Source: Dipteris shenzhenensis (taxonomy: Eukaryota). From it: a stretch of 64,000 bases of DNA. The notes under the pieces were generated by a model. The model saw only the letters and a list, made by a program, of their open reading frames with translations. It had not been told where the DNA came from and ran no database searches. Each line of letters begins with the position of its first letter. Positions within the stretch are counted from its first letter, which is position 1. Positions 49,190-62,060 of the stretch are shown here, piece by piece. The DNA lies in the NCBI GenBank assembly GCA_047967505.1, contig CM106538.1, one strand, 5' to 3'. The translations under genes and the position numbers were made by a program.

Positions 49190-49227
49190 CCCTCCTACCC
49201 TCCCTCCATCCCTCTCTCTCTCTCTCT
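47857..49227. repeat. ~1.37-kb compound (CT)n microsatellite with C-runs and recurring TATCGC interruptions
   Basis: Read directly. Confidence 0.97.
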
Positions 49228-49239
49228 ACCCCATGTATA

Positions 49240-49560
49240 AGGAAGAAACTACAAAGCCAGAGATCTACCCTCTCATGGCACTTTTATTTGACTCCAAGTA
49301 CAAGAAAAAGATAGCAAGAGTCTCAAACCCATTGGGTGGAGCCCTCAAAGGAAGATGGACTAAGGTGGAAAAAGAACAAAAGGAAATTGATCTCGGTGGA
49401 CCACAAAGAGTCATAGGCAATGGGCCAGCCACCATAGGAGGACAGTGCAAGAAGCCTGTCACTCCCAAGAGGAGTAGACACGAGCCCCCCAACAAGCATC
49501 CCATCTTTGCCAAAGAATGTGGAGTTTCCCCTTCCAAAAGCTCCCTTTGGAGTAGGGGAC
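49240..49560 (-). pseudogene. Very decayed retrotransposon gag-like fragment
   Basis: Frameshifted pieces TFFGKDG, SFEGSTQW/FETL, CTWSQIK resemble the gag L.G.A..WF..L...TW..LK pattern. Confidence 0.4.
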
Positions 49561-50599
49561 CCGAGCATACAAGTCTCCCCACAAAAGCAGCAAGTTACAA
49601 GATTGGTTGAGGACTTAGAGAGGCTATGGCTTCTCCCATCCTACCCTCCACCGTTGGAGAGGAGAAGGACCGAATCTCCTAGGTATCCATGTAGCAATGA
49701 GCCTCCTCCTCATTAGCAACAATTGATGGCCTCCCCCCCTTCTAGACCCCTCCCCCGCACCCCCCCTCCCCCTCCTCCTCCGGTATCTCCGCTCCCCCCC
49801 CCATCTATCATCACCCTAGTCATCTAGCCCCCCCCACCTACCACAGTAGGTTCCCCCATTCCTTGTGTCTCATACTACTTCTGGCCCTAGCCCTAGTTCC
49901 GAGCCCGGGAAGGCTCTACCTTTTCCCCCTACCTCTTTCTTGATTTAGCAACCCCCTTCCCCTTCTTTGTAGGACTCGGTCTCTTCATGAGGGCTAGGGA
50001 AAGGGGGTTCATCCACTCAGTCTTCCCCTCTCTATCAAGGGACTTCAAGAGGCTCGGGCCATGGAACTATCTTGAGATTCCAGTCCTATATCCCATGGCT
50101 CTATAGTTGATGGTATTGATATTGTAGCCTCACAAAGGGGGCTAGATCAATGTGGTTGTCTCCCGAATGCATCCTTTTTGGGTTCTTTAGTGGGTCTTAA
50201 CGGTGACTCATGTGTCATGGGGTAGTTGAAGTGATGCTGAGACAGAGTCTCCACTTCTAGCTACTCCTTGTGGGAGCAATGCATAGCATGAGTCGTCCGC
50301 AAGTGTCACTCAAGTAGCTTCTAGATTGTTGCCATGTGGTTTCATGCGAGAAAGAGGGAAGGGGGAGAGGGGAGGGGAGAGGGAGAAGGGAGGAAGAGGA
50401 AGGGAAGAAGGAGAAGGGACTGAAGGGGGATAGAGTGACAACTACAAAGGCACTACAATGCAAACAAGAGAACACCCAAAACACTCTCTTGGAAGAGAAG
50501 AGGGAGCTTGTATTCAAACTTGTGCAAACAACAATGAAGACCAAAGTCAACCACTTGGCCTTTTATACAAGTCACCTTTTGAAGGGAGGGCCAACCCTT

Positions 50600-52097
50600 T
50601 GATGGGATATCTCAAGGTGTATGCCTCAGGCACACCTTATGTTTCTATGTGTGAGTGCTAGAGGCACAGTTAGGTGCCCACAAGCACAGTTAGGTGGTGA
50701 GAGCCACATAGGATGATTGAGAGAATCTAGGAGTAGATTGAGGAGATGATTGTGGAGCTCTGAAGTCATCAGTGATGTCAGTGAGCATGTATGAGGTGCC
50801 TACTTAAGGACCTCACTCTTCTTCATTCTACAAGCAAGTAATGCAAGTATTCTGAGTTTTTGTCCACTCTTTCCTTTCCTTTCAGCTTACCAACATGGTA
50901 TCAGAGCCCTTTGATCCCCCTTGAGCCCATTTCTGCCACATCATCATCTTCTTCTTCATCTTCTTCTTCTCCATTTTCCTCTTTCTTCCCAAAATCTTTG
51001 AGAGCTTGGTTCTCCACCTACAAACGACCATTGCCCAAACCCTCTGAGCTAGAAACTCCTCTAGTATGGGTGAACTTCCACCTGCAAGCAATTGAGAAAA
51101 AAACGTCTCTGTTGGCTGCCATTCTCCAAATAGCGAATTTCTTGTATTGCTCAATACTCCCTGCCTGCTCCGCCATTGCCTAAGCCCTCTTAGGAGTAGA
51201 TGGGCGATCTCAAGACGAAGATTTTGAGCCATTTTTCAGCTCATTTGGTTTAGTAACGAGGGAGAAATCGTCAAAACTCAGGTTCAGCCTATAGCAACTC
51301 CCCCGGGCAAAAGCGCGCACCATTTCATCCAACCTCTGTGCTGGATTCTCTTTGGTATATGAGCTTTCTTTTGCTTCAAAAATCCCTCTTTTCCTTGCTT
51401 TGAAGAGTGAGCTACAAGCCCTCCAAGTTCAGCCTTTTGGTTTTGACAATTTTGGACAAGTTTTTGAAGATGATGCTACATAAAATGCTACTCTAGCATT
51501 TCTGGTTTTTTGAAACTTTCAGTAACTTTAGTACAAGTGTGGCTTCAGTTTTGTTTTGAATTGCTAGACCTAGTTTTGATTGGAAAGTACTCATTTTAGC
51601 CACCTCTATGAAGCATGTAAGAAGAAGCATCATTGTTTGAAATTTGGTCACAAGACTTTGCTACATTAAATGCTTATATTTTGAAGCATTTCACTTGTTA
51701 TTCTAAGCTCTGTAAGAGAGAAGACACTGCCCAATACCTGGGTTAGACCCTCTCATGGCTTGCTTATGCAAAATATGTGAAAAGCCAAAACATAAAGCAA
51801 TGTCTTGTTATGCTACAAAGGATGAAAATGTCAACCTGACTTCCTTGTTGAAGATTGCCAAAACAATGGTTGCCGTGCCCACAAGCACAGTTAGGTGGTG
51901 GAGAGCCACATAGGATGATTGAGAGAATCTAGGAGCAGATTGAGGAGATGATTGTGGAGCTCTGAAATCATCAGTGATGTCAGTGAGCATGTATGAGGTG
52001 CCTACTTAAGGTCCTCACTCTTCTTCATTCTACAAGCAAGTAATGCAAGTATTCTGAGTTTGTGTCCACTCTTTCCTTTCCTTTCAGCTTACCAACA
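50600..52097 (+). mobile_element. Internally deleted LTR element D (1.5 kb), TSD CCCTT, nested in a family E LTR-like sequence
   Basis: 5' LTR 50600-50895 (TG..CA), PBS TGGTATCAGAGC 50896-50907, partial 3' LTR 51875-52097 lacking the first ~74 bp, TSD ccctt 50595-50599 and 52098-52102. Confidence 0.92.
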
Positions 52098-53021
52098 CCC
52101 TTTTCCTTTTTAGCACTCTCCCTCACTTTACAACCATGGGCTCTTGGGCTCATGGGCGCCAAGGCATGTTACTATTCTTACCAACTCTCCCTACTAACGG
52201 AAATAGCACTTGTGTTAACCATATTAAAGTGCTTGGGACAAGCTTGGCATTAGGAGGTGATCCTAACCGGTTCCCAAATAGTGCTTGTGTTAGCCTTGCC
52301 ACTCCTAGGCTTGGGTGATTTGGGGTTCAAAATCCTTGAGCGCCCTCACACCTTCACCTATTTGTGGTTTGAACCTCGTAGACTAGCCTCAAAACCTAGA
52401 GTGACGAGGCTAGGCTTCCGCGAGGCACCCCATGACAACCCTGAATGTTGCTGGGAAGCCTTTTCTTTGGAATATTTGGAAAACAAACTCCCTAAGTTTG
52501 AGCTATACTCCTTCCATGGCTATTTTCATTGGCATCACTATTTCATGTGGATGTGGAGCTGAATAGTGCAAGGCACATGCACTCTTTGTGGTCGAGAAAT
52601 GTGCATCTCCTTGTTCCTGGTATGCACCTTCTTCCGAGCAGGCAGCTGGAACATAGCCTGTGACTGGGATCCTTGAATCCTTGGACTTTGGAGCGAGTTT
52701 GGGTATTTGGGAATGAAACTCCCTGAGTTTGAGCTATAGTCCTTCTGTGTGCACATTGCTTGTTGTAATCGTTGACCTTGGTGTATTTGGGTATCAAAAA
52801 CCCCTCGATCGTAGGTCTACATCTAATTTATGTCTACATGCAGATATTCAGGAGTGTAGACCCATGATGTGAGTTCCTTGGGCTTTGCAAGTTGCATCAC
52901 TTCATCGTCTACAGGATAATTAAGGGACTCAGTGACACGGCACTAGCCTTGAAAATTAAGAAGAATGGGATAAGCGCATAGGGTTTGGAGATCGGATGGG
53001 CAGAGAAAAGATAGGGAGGTG

Positions 53022-56000
53022 TGTTGAGAGTTCACGCTCAACATCATGTGATCATGTGTGCATAGCACCATCACGTGATCATATGTGCATAGCACTAACC
53101 TTATAGAGTGCTATAAAGGAAAGGGTTAGATCCCCTAACCCTAATCCTAAAAGGGTTTGTATATATTCTATTTTTTCAACTAAATCTAGTGTACAGTTAG
53201 TCATTTGTGGTGTGCTCTCTAGCTATGCCCTCTCTCCTCATCTCCACTCTTCTCCTCTCCCCTCTTCATATTTTGTCATGGTATCAGAGCTTCCTTGTCT
53301 TCCGCTGAGACATTCTTGAGAGTGTGAGAGAGATTGTGAGATTGAGAGTTCTCGAGTGTTCTCTTTAGTTGAGAGAACTTATGTTTTCTTTGTGAGAAAT
53401 TTCCGTCCATTTGAGAGGAATTTCCATCCATTTTTTTGATAGTTTGTGAGAGATCTATTAAATGAGAGAGAGTTTTTCGTTCATTGCTTGAGTTCTTTGT
53501 GAGGATTTCCATTGTGAGATAGATTGAGAGTTATCCATTGAGAGCAATAGAGAGAGATCTTTGGAGGTTCTTAGAAAATTCAATGAGAAAGAGAGATTTC
53601 TGTTGAGAGATTCATTTCTGAGAGAGAGCCTTTGCACTTTATGTGAGAGAGAGCCTTTGCTTCTACCCTTAGTCTCGACTCTCCAGTGCATCTACGAGTC
53701 TACATCATCAAGACAACGAGGTTCTACAGTGCATTTATAGCTTACTCCAAGCTTTAAGGCTTCAGTGACTAAGGCTCAGCCTTCAACGACCGGGATCCTA
53801 CAATGACGGCTCCCCAGCTCCTGGCATACAACCAAATGTGACACGACCTCTACGAACTTCAAGCTACTCCAAACGGCTCTCCCTTCAGCCATCGACCTGA
53901 CCTCGCGCAGTGCTAGGCTCCAACTCCTAGCCATCGCCAACAACAACCTCTCCAAGCAGCCTCTCCAACCGCCACCGAATGTGCGATCTCCAAGGCTCTC
54001 ACAGCCACCACAGCCACCGACGGCTCCTTCAATCAGCTCCCCAACATAGCAGCACCAATTAGCCCTTTGCCAACGGCTGCCTCTTACTTCTATAGCCAGC
54101 GGATAGCTCCAACCAGCCTCAATGCCAAGGCTCCATAGCATGTGACTCCAAAGTAATCGACGCACAGCCATCGAATAGCAGCAAGCCCATAGCCTTACAG
54201 TCGAACAGCCTTCATATAGTGCTCATGGCAGCTAACAACAAGCGCTACCACTCTCCAAAGCTCCATCGACACGGACGGATGACGACACCTCAGACGGGCT
54301 ACCAAGCTCGTATGCAGCCTGCTCCAACGCTGACTGCCATCGCTCAACGAACGCCGACAACAACGAACGGGCCGCTCCATCGACAAAGAAGACGACGGAA
54401 TCTAGAAGATTTCGTCAAAATCTTGGTAGATTTCGGCTTCCCAGAAAGTGGCACATGGCCCGTGGACCACGTCATCTTATCTACCACGTGGCAGATAAGC
54501 GTCTCAAATTTTGCCACGTGGCAATCCTTATTAGACACATCAACAAGTACCACGTTAGTAGCCCAGCTCATCAGCCACATCATCAGCCATGTCATTAGTG
54601 CCATGTCATCAGTGCCACATCATCAATTCCACATCATCAATGCCATGTCATTAGTGCCATGTCATCAACCACGTCATCAGTGCCACATCATTAGCCACAT
54701 CATCAGTGATACATCATCACCGACTGCCACATCAGCATTGCCACGTCTTCTCTACCACCTCAGTAGTGCCACCTCAGTTGTCCAGTCAGCATTGACCCCT
54801 GCCAGGCACACACAGTGCTCCACAAGCACTTCATGTGAACACTCCTACCACCTCAGCACAGAACTTCACAGGCACACCTCTTGCTAGGCACAGTGCCACA
54901 TCATCACAACATGTGACTCACAGTGACACATCATCATTGAGCACCATTTGCACTCCTTTTGCCCCTCCACCTAGATCAAGTCATATCTCTTGAGACAGGA
55001 AGAATTTGAGGGCGCTCCAAAAAGGAAAGTCACTCATTTTTTCGTGCTCTATGCTTTTGTCACATCAAGTGCACATTTTGGTGCAAGTTACACTCACATT
55101 TGAGCCTCTCTGACAAAACCACTTCCTTCATGCACATTTGCCTCTACATCGACGCATCTGACCCAGCACTTAAAAAGAACAAAAGAAAAGGAATTATTTG
55201 ATGTTCTTTCATCGATCGATGGTTGGTTTAGATCTAGATCTGAGTAGACTAGATCGCCATAGAGGGGACGCTTTGAATTCCCCAAGTTGCCAATCTAAGC
55301 CATGCCCAAAATTTTCGACTAGTACCTACTCAGAGTCAGTCCATACGCTCACATCCGATTTCACATCATTACATTACCTGAAACCTTACGTTCATCAGTT
55401 CAATGAGCAGACTTCAGAGTTTAGAGGCATTGTAGATTGATTCAGTGGGCAGATAGCATTTGATTTCACACACACATGCCACCATTATAAAGCCTATTCG
55501 GCTATCTCACAGCATCGTGCACATCATTTCAGCCTTGTAAAGCCTCTTGGCTATTCCCGGCATCATTGCCACAAGCCTTGTAATACAAATCAGATTTTAT
55601 ATACTGCAGTTCTATCTTCACCGACGGTACAGAGATTTCACTTGGCATCTTCAGTGTATTTGCAGTTGATTCATACAGAGTTTTTTAGGACACTTTTTGA
55701 GTACATTTTTTGCATCATGTTGACTAGCAACCTCAATTTGGAGGCATCTGCTAAGTTAGACAATTCCAATTACGGTACATGGAAATACCGAATGGAGACC
55801 ATTCTTGTGCTTCAGGACAAATGGGAGTATGTTGATGGGTCTACACCTAGACCATTGGCCGATCCAGGCACCAGTAGCTCTACTCCATCTGTTGTCACAG
55901 CACCAGCAACGGGATCTACATCTACACCAGTAGTAGATCCTGCCATTGCCCGAGCTCAAGCAGAATGGGATAAGAAAGATAAGTATGCCTATCACCTGAT

Positions 56001-59000
56001 CAAGCAGAATGTGCAAGATGTCATGCTAGGACAGCTCAACATAGTCAAGACATCAAAAGAAGCATGGGATATGTTCGCAGCTCTCTACCAGTCCAAGAAC
56101 ACATCCAGGATTCTCACCCTGAGAAACCAGATCAACCAGAGTTTTCGCAACAGCAGTGAAACTGGTCATGCTTATGTACTCCACATCAAAGACTACAACA
56201 ATCAACTTGCAGCAGCAGGAGAGACTATGAATCCCACAAAAATGGTTCAAGTCATTCTGAATGGACTAGGAGAGGGATATGAGAATTTAGTCCAGAGTAT
56301 TGCCATCCAACGGCAAATTCCAACAGTGGAAGGACTTCAGTCAGTTCTACTTGGTAAAGAACTTGGTGATCAGGCCATTCAAGCACGTAAAGGTCATTCT
56401 AATGATCAGGCATTCAGAGCTTCAGACAGAAGCAGAGGCAAAGGCAGAAACAGAGGTAGATCATATTAGAAAAGTAGTCATCATCAACAAAATCAAAGTC
56501 AGAATCAGCATTAGCATCATCCTCAGCAATATCAAAATCAGCAAAGAGGAAATCATTCCAATCGAGGAAGATTTCAAGGACGAGGGAATGCATCCACCAA
56601 TGTGTCAAACATTCAGTGCAACTACTGTCACAAGTTTGGACACTATGAAAGAGATTGCCGCAAGAAGCAGTACAACCAAGGCGGTCAATCCAGCAGTAAT
56701 CGAGGGAATTCCCGAGGAAGAGGAAATCATCGTGGTGGACATTCCAGTCACAGTCATTTTGCAAATGAACATGGAAATATGTTTCTTGCAAGTGAGGAAT
56801 TGCATCATATTGATACAATGCACCTAGACACTGATTTCAATCCCAAAGAAAATTTTAGCTATCAAGTCGACCAAGTGGAACAGGATCCTTGGTACATTGA
56901 TAGCGGTGCATCATCTCATATGACAAATCATCACGAATGGTTCATAGAAATGAAGCCATTAGAAGGACAGAAAAATGTCATCTACGTAACAGACAATACA
57001 CCGAATCCAGTTCAAGGGACAGGTGTTATCCCTATGAACAATTTCACTAGTACAAAAGGATTAGTCAAAGATGTGCTCTATGTTCCGAAGCTCAGCAATA
57101 TCCTTTTGTCAGTAGGTCAAATGACGGAACACAACTATAAAGTCATCTTCGACGGTGATGAATGCACTATCAAAGACAAATCCAAAAGATGTCAGCTAGT
57201 AGCAAAAGGTGTCAAGGAAGGATGCTTATACAGAATGCTAGCTACAGTACCAGATAAGCATGCCATGTTAGCTCAAATGCAACAAATGCCACTATCTACA
57301 AAATGGCACAAGAGATATGGTCATGTCAACTTCAAGTACTTGTTAGATCTAAGGAATCAGAATATGGCAATTGGGATTCCGAAGCTACAGTTTCTTGGAA
57401 AAGTTTGTGAAGCATGCTGCTTCGGCAAACAAAAGCGAACCAACTTTGACAGAAGTACCTCTCGTGCATGAGGTATTCTTGATTTGATTCATATAGATGT
57501 ATGGGGTTATGCCCAGACCCGCAACATCAATGGTTCACTTTATTACTTGACCTTCATCGATGACTACAGCAGATATTGTTGGGTCTACTTTCTGAAAGAG
57601 AAATCTGAAGTGTTTTCTAGATTTCAAGAATTCAAAGCCATGGTAGAAAACCAGACAGGTACAAAGATCAACGTCATGAGATCAGATAGAGGAGGTGAAT
57701 ACATGTCTTCAGCATTCATGAGCTTTTGCAAAAATCACGGCATACGAAGACAATTCACATGTGCAGATACTCCTCAGCAGAATGCAATAGCTGAAAGGAA
57801 GAATGGGACTTTAGCAGACAGTGCTAGAGCAATGCTTAGTGAAAATCATCTTCCGAATCAGTATTGGGCAGAAGCAATAGCTACAGCAAACTACTTGCTT
57901 AATCGGCTTCCTACCGAACCGATACAAGGTATGACTCCTTATGAAGCATTCACTGGACACAAGCCACGCATTGGGCATCTCCGCATATTTGGTTGCATAG
58001 CATATGCCCACATACATGATGATCATTGCAGGAAATTGGATGCGAAGTCATGCAAATGCATCATGGTTGGCTACAGTGAAGAAAGCAAAGCATACAAATT
58101 GTATGATCCCATTAACTGCAAAGTCATTACCTCTAGAGATGTAATCTTTGATGAGGAATCAGAATGGAAAACCTCACCTACATAGGAGATAGAAGCATCG
58201 ACTTCACAGTCATCTATAGAATAGGTTGATGAAGAAGAGCAAGAATTGCCAGCAACACCCCAAGCAGTGCCACAGCAGCTCAAACGGTCTACTAGAGAAA
58301 GCAGACCACTAGCCAAATTGACATATGCTCAAAAAGACAAAGCAATTCAGGTGGAAACCACCAACTATGCTCTTATGACTACCATCATGGCTACAGAAGA
58401 GCTAGTGTACTTCGAAGACGCAGTAGACAAGCCAGAATGGCAAACTGCTATGAATGAAGAAATGGATGCTTTGTATAAAAATAACACTTGGGAATTATGC
58501 GACCTTCCACCAAGAAAGAAGGCCATAGCCAACAAATGGGTATATAAAGTGAAGTACAATCCAGATGGCAGTATTCAAAGATACAAAGTTGCAAAAGGAT
58601 TTGCACAACAATATGGTCAAGACTATGATGAGACTTATGCTCTAGTAGCAAAGATGGATTCCATACGGTTCTTGATATCACTAGCGACACTCAGCAAATG
58701 GAATGTGTATCAACTTGATGTCAAGAATGCATTTCTCAATGGTTATCTAGACGAGGAAGTCTATATGCAACAACCAATAGGTTATGTTGAACCAGGACAG
58801 GAGAATAAGTTTTGCCATCTCAAGAAAAGTCTCTATGGCTTAAAGCAAGCACCCAAAAGTTGGTACAGTAGAATTGACAAGTATTTTGCTGATCTGGGAT
58901 ACATGAAGTCCAATGCAGATCATACTCTCTACTACAAAGTTCAAGGGGAAGACATTACTATTGCACTTTTGTATGTAGATGATCTAATTGTGATAGGAAG

Positions 59001-60287
59001 CAAGGATAGCTTCATCAGAAAACTAAAACAAGATTTATCTGCAAAGTTCAACATGAAAGATCTTGGACTTATGCACTATTGTCTTGGAATTGAGTTCTGG
59101 AGAGATTCAGATAGCACATTTATGAGTCAGCTCAAGTATGTTGACAGTCTCCTGAAGAAGTTTCATATGGAAGATTGCAAGATTGCAGTCACTCCCATGG
59201 AACAGAGTTTGAAACTTACTAAAGATTCAGAAAAGCCTACAGTCAATGACAGATACTACAGGTAGCTCATTGGATCTCTTATATATCTGACAATCACACG
59301 GCCAGATATTTGTTATGCAGTAAGCTCACTAGCACAGTTTATGGCAAATCCAAAACAGTCTCACTGGAATGCAGCCAAAAGAGTCTTGAGATACATCAGA
59401 GGTACAAGACAGTTTGGGATAGAATACAGAGGAAGTCATCCACGGTTGCATGGATACTGTGACAGTGACTATGCTGGAGATCATGAGACAGGAGATCGAC
59501 ACAGGGATATGCATTTTTCCTTGGTCAAGGTGCTATATCATGGTTGTCGACGAACAAACAACCAACTGTTTCTTTGTCTTCGATTGAAGCAAAATATAGA
59601 GCACTCACTACAGGTGCATGTAAGGTTATATGGCTCAGAAGACTATTGTCAGAAACAGATTACTTTGATGAGTCAAAGCCAACAATAATATACTATGATA
59701 ATCAATTGGCTCAAGCATTGGCCAAAAATCCAGTATATCACTCCAAGACAAAGCACATTGATGTCAGAGAGCACTTCATTAGAGAAAGAGTGTTACTTGG
59801 TGACATCACACTGCAGCATTATGATAGCAAAGAAAATGTTGCAGACATCTTTACCAAACCACTTGGTAAAGAGCTATTCGAGAAACACTGATCAGCTCTT
59901 GGTTTGACGCAGAGGAAAGACATTCCCATTAAAGGGGTGTGATGGAATGTAATGCTCAATCCTTCTTCGATTCCCCAGAATCATCATCTTGAGGGAAGGC
60001 CTACTTCATGATGTTGATCTTGAGGGAAGGTGTTGAGAGTTCATGCTCAACATCATGTGATCATCTGTGCATAGCACCATCACATGATCATATGTGCATA
60101 GCACTAACCTTATAGAGTGCTATAAAGGAAAGGGTTAGATCCCCTAACCCTAACCCTAAAAGGGTTTGTATATATTCTATTTTTTCAACTAAATCTAGTG
60201 TACAGTTAGTCATTTGTGGTGTGCTCTCTAGCTATGCCCTCTCTCCCCATCTCCACTCTTCTCCTCTCCCCTCTTCATATTTTGTCA
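53022..60287 (+). mobile_element. Full-length Ty1/copia element, family A copy 2 (A2), TSD AGGTG
   Basis: LTRs 53022-53278 and 60031-60287 (5 mismatches in 257 bp by eye), PBS 53279-53290, PPT 60021-60030, TSD aggtg 53017-53021 and 60288-60292. Confidence 0.98.
55717..59940 (+). pseudogene. A2 gag-pol, disrupted
   Basis: ORFs 55642-56469, 56602-57471, 57484-58185, 58246-59265, 59341-59688, 59544-59891; 9-nt deletion (RYK---VAKG) and a frameshift in RNase H. Confidence 0.95.
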
Positions 60288-60294
60288 AGGTGGG

Positions 60295-62060
60295 CTAAAG
60301 GTCAAGAGAGAAATGTGACATGGCTAAGATGGGGCGGCAGTGGTTAGGATTATGATGGAGAATATTTTGGAGGCCGTTAGGTGGTAGTGGCGTAGTGAGG
60401 TCTAGGTGGAAGATAAGGTTTTGTGCACGGAGTGCATTGAAGTGCATTTGCAAGGTTTGGGTGATGGTGCTTGGTGCAAGTGTATACGTGGCTAATTGTG
60501 TAGACACCTCCCTGTACATCTTGAACTCCTGCTGCTCGTGGTCTTCCAACCCTGACTTCTCAGAGTGGCCAGTGGCACATTGTCTTTCAATTTCTTCTTG
60601 GAGTGAGACCATGAGGTTCTTCTCTTGTGCCAAGAGATCCTGTAAGGATCAGATCTATTGGTTGTGGGACTCCTCTATGCAGGCATACTGCTACTTTGCC
60701 TGTGCTTGCTGCTCCAGTGTCGTGCGCAGGTCTAATTCTACTGTGTCCACCTATTCCATGAGTGTCTAGACTAGGGATTCACTAGTGGCGAGGCCATCCT
60801 TGACTTTTGTTAGAGTGAGCTCAAGCTCTTTTACCTTAGCCCGATATTCTTTGGCTCGATGTAGTGCAGCATGGCCCGTTGCCTGAGTTGCAACCATTGT
60901 CGACTAGCTTTCATCTGCCAAGAGCTAGGCTTGGATGAGATTGGAGGAGAGTTGTGAGGCTTGCTCTTGCCTCCTCTGTAAGATCATGCAGGCGACTTGT
61001 AGCAGTTGTGCCATGGCTTCAAAGAGATTCATCTCCATGATATCTATGCATGACAACTATTCTACCATCATGGCTAAGCCTCGTGTTGCCCTATACTGGG
61101 GCACACTGCAAAATGATATGGCCTCTACTACGCCTGCCCATGGCATGGAAGAGGTGTCGGTGGTGAAGGATGATGGCTCTTGAGGGGTGGTGGAGACAGA
61201 GATGAAGGGAGTAGTGGGGGTGGTCGGCACAGTTTCGGCTCTTGTATGGAGGCCGATATTGATGGTGTCATCACCTTGGAGGTCTTCAATGAGAATAGGC
61301 AGTCCGTGCACCTGTTTGTCCTTATCTTGAGGAGCTAACAGCTGTAGGCATAGTTGTCGTTGCATGAATTCATGCAACTAGCTTTCCTTATATTGGTTGA
61401 GCGGCTGACTTGCACCTGAGTGACCAGAGTGGCACTTGGTGTTGTCCTCGCTCTCTTGGGCCTTGTTTCTATCTCTTCCTGCTCGGCCTGTACAGGAACA
61501 GTGGCAGATTTCTTGACAAGGCCGAAGCCGACTTGCGGATGCTAACTTTTAAGTAATAGAGGATCGGCATGTACAACATGGGATTGCCGATGACGTCCCC
61601 GTGGGTGCTAAGATCATCTCTCATCTAGCTGCAGTAGTAGTTAGCCCAATTCGTCTCCTGGAAGTTCACCATTCTCAGCAAGATATTGGGCACAACTGAT
61701 TGATTATGGTCCATGTGCTTCACTTGAGTGAGCCATTGCAGGGCTCTTGCTAGGCGCTCTGCCTTGAGCTTCTGGATGGTGGTGAACTGGATGCAACATC
61801 TGCAATTGTGGCAGTCGTAGTAGTGACAGACTGTCTTTAGGGAGTCGAGCTTCTTTTTTTGCTTGGAGTATTTCTTTGCCACCATTGGCAAGTTGAATAC
61901 TATCCGCACCTTGATCTGGTAGTGGTGGGGATTGCTAGCTGCATCATGTAGGACACCAATGTTGGTGTTGATGTCGTATGTCTCGAGGAATTCCACCAGC
62001 AGTGTCATGTCCAAGTGGCACGGGAATCACTGCTACTCTTCCCAAGCCTCTGCAAAGTTA
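60295..62060 (-). pseudogene. Decayed accessory-type ORF (plant transposon protein-like N-terminus plus coiled coil) of the element hosting A2
   Basis: LLVEFLETYD..IKVRIVFNLP..ETNWANY, then E/Q-rich fragments (61057-61377, 60295-60633); family assignment is by loose resemblance only. Confidence 0.4.

Noticed and set aside
47832-49610. Long ORFs of 592 and 461 aa
   Set aside because: Translations of a stop-free (CT)n microsatellite (LSLSLS), not genes.
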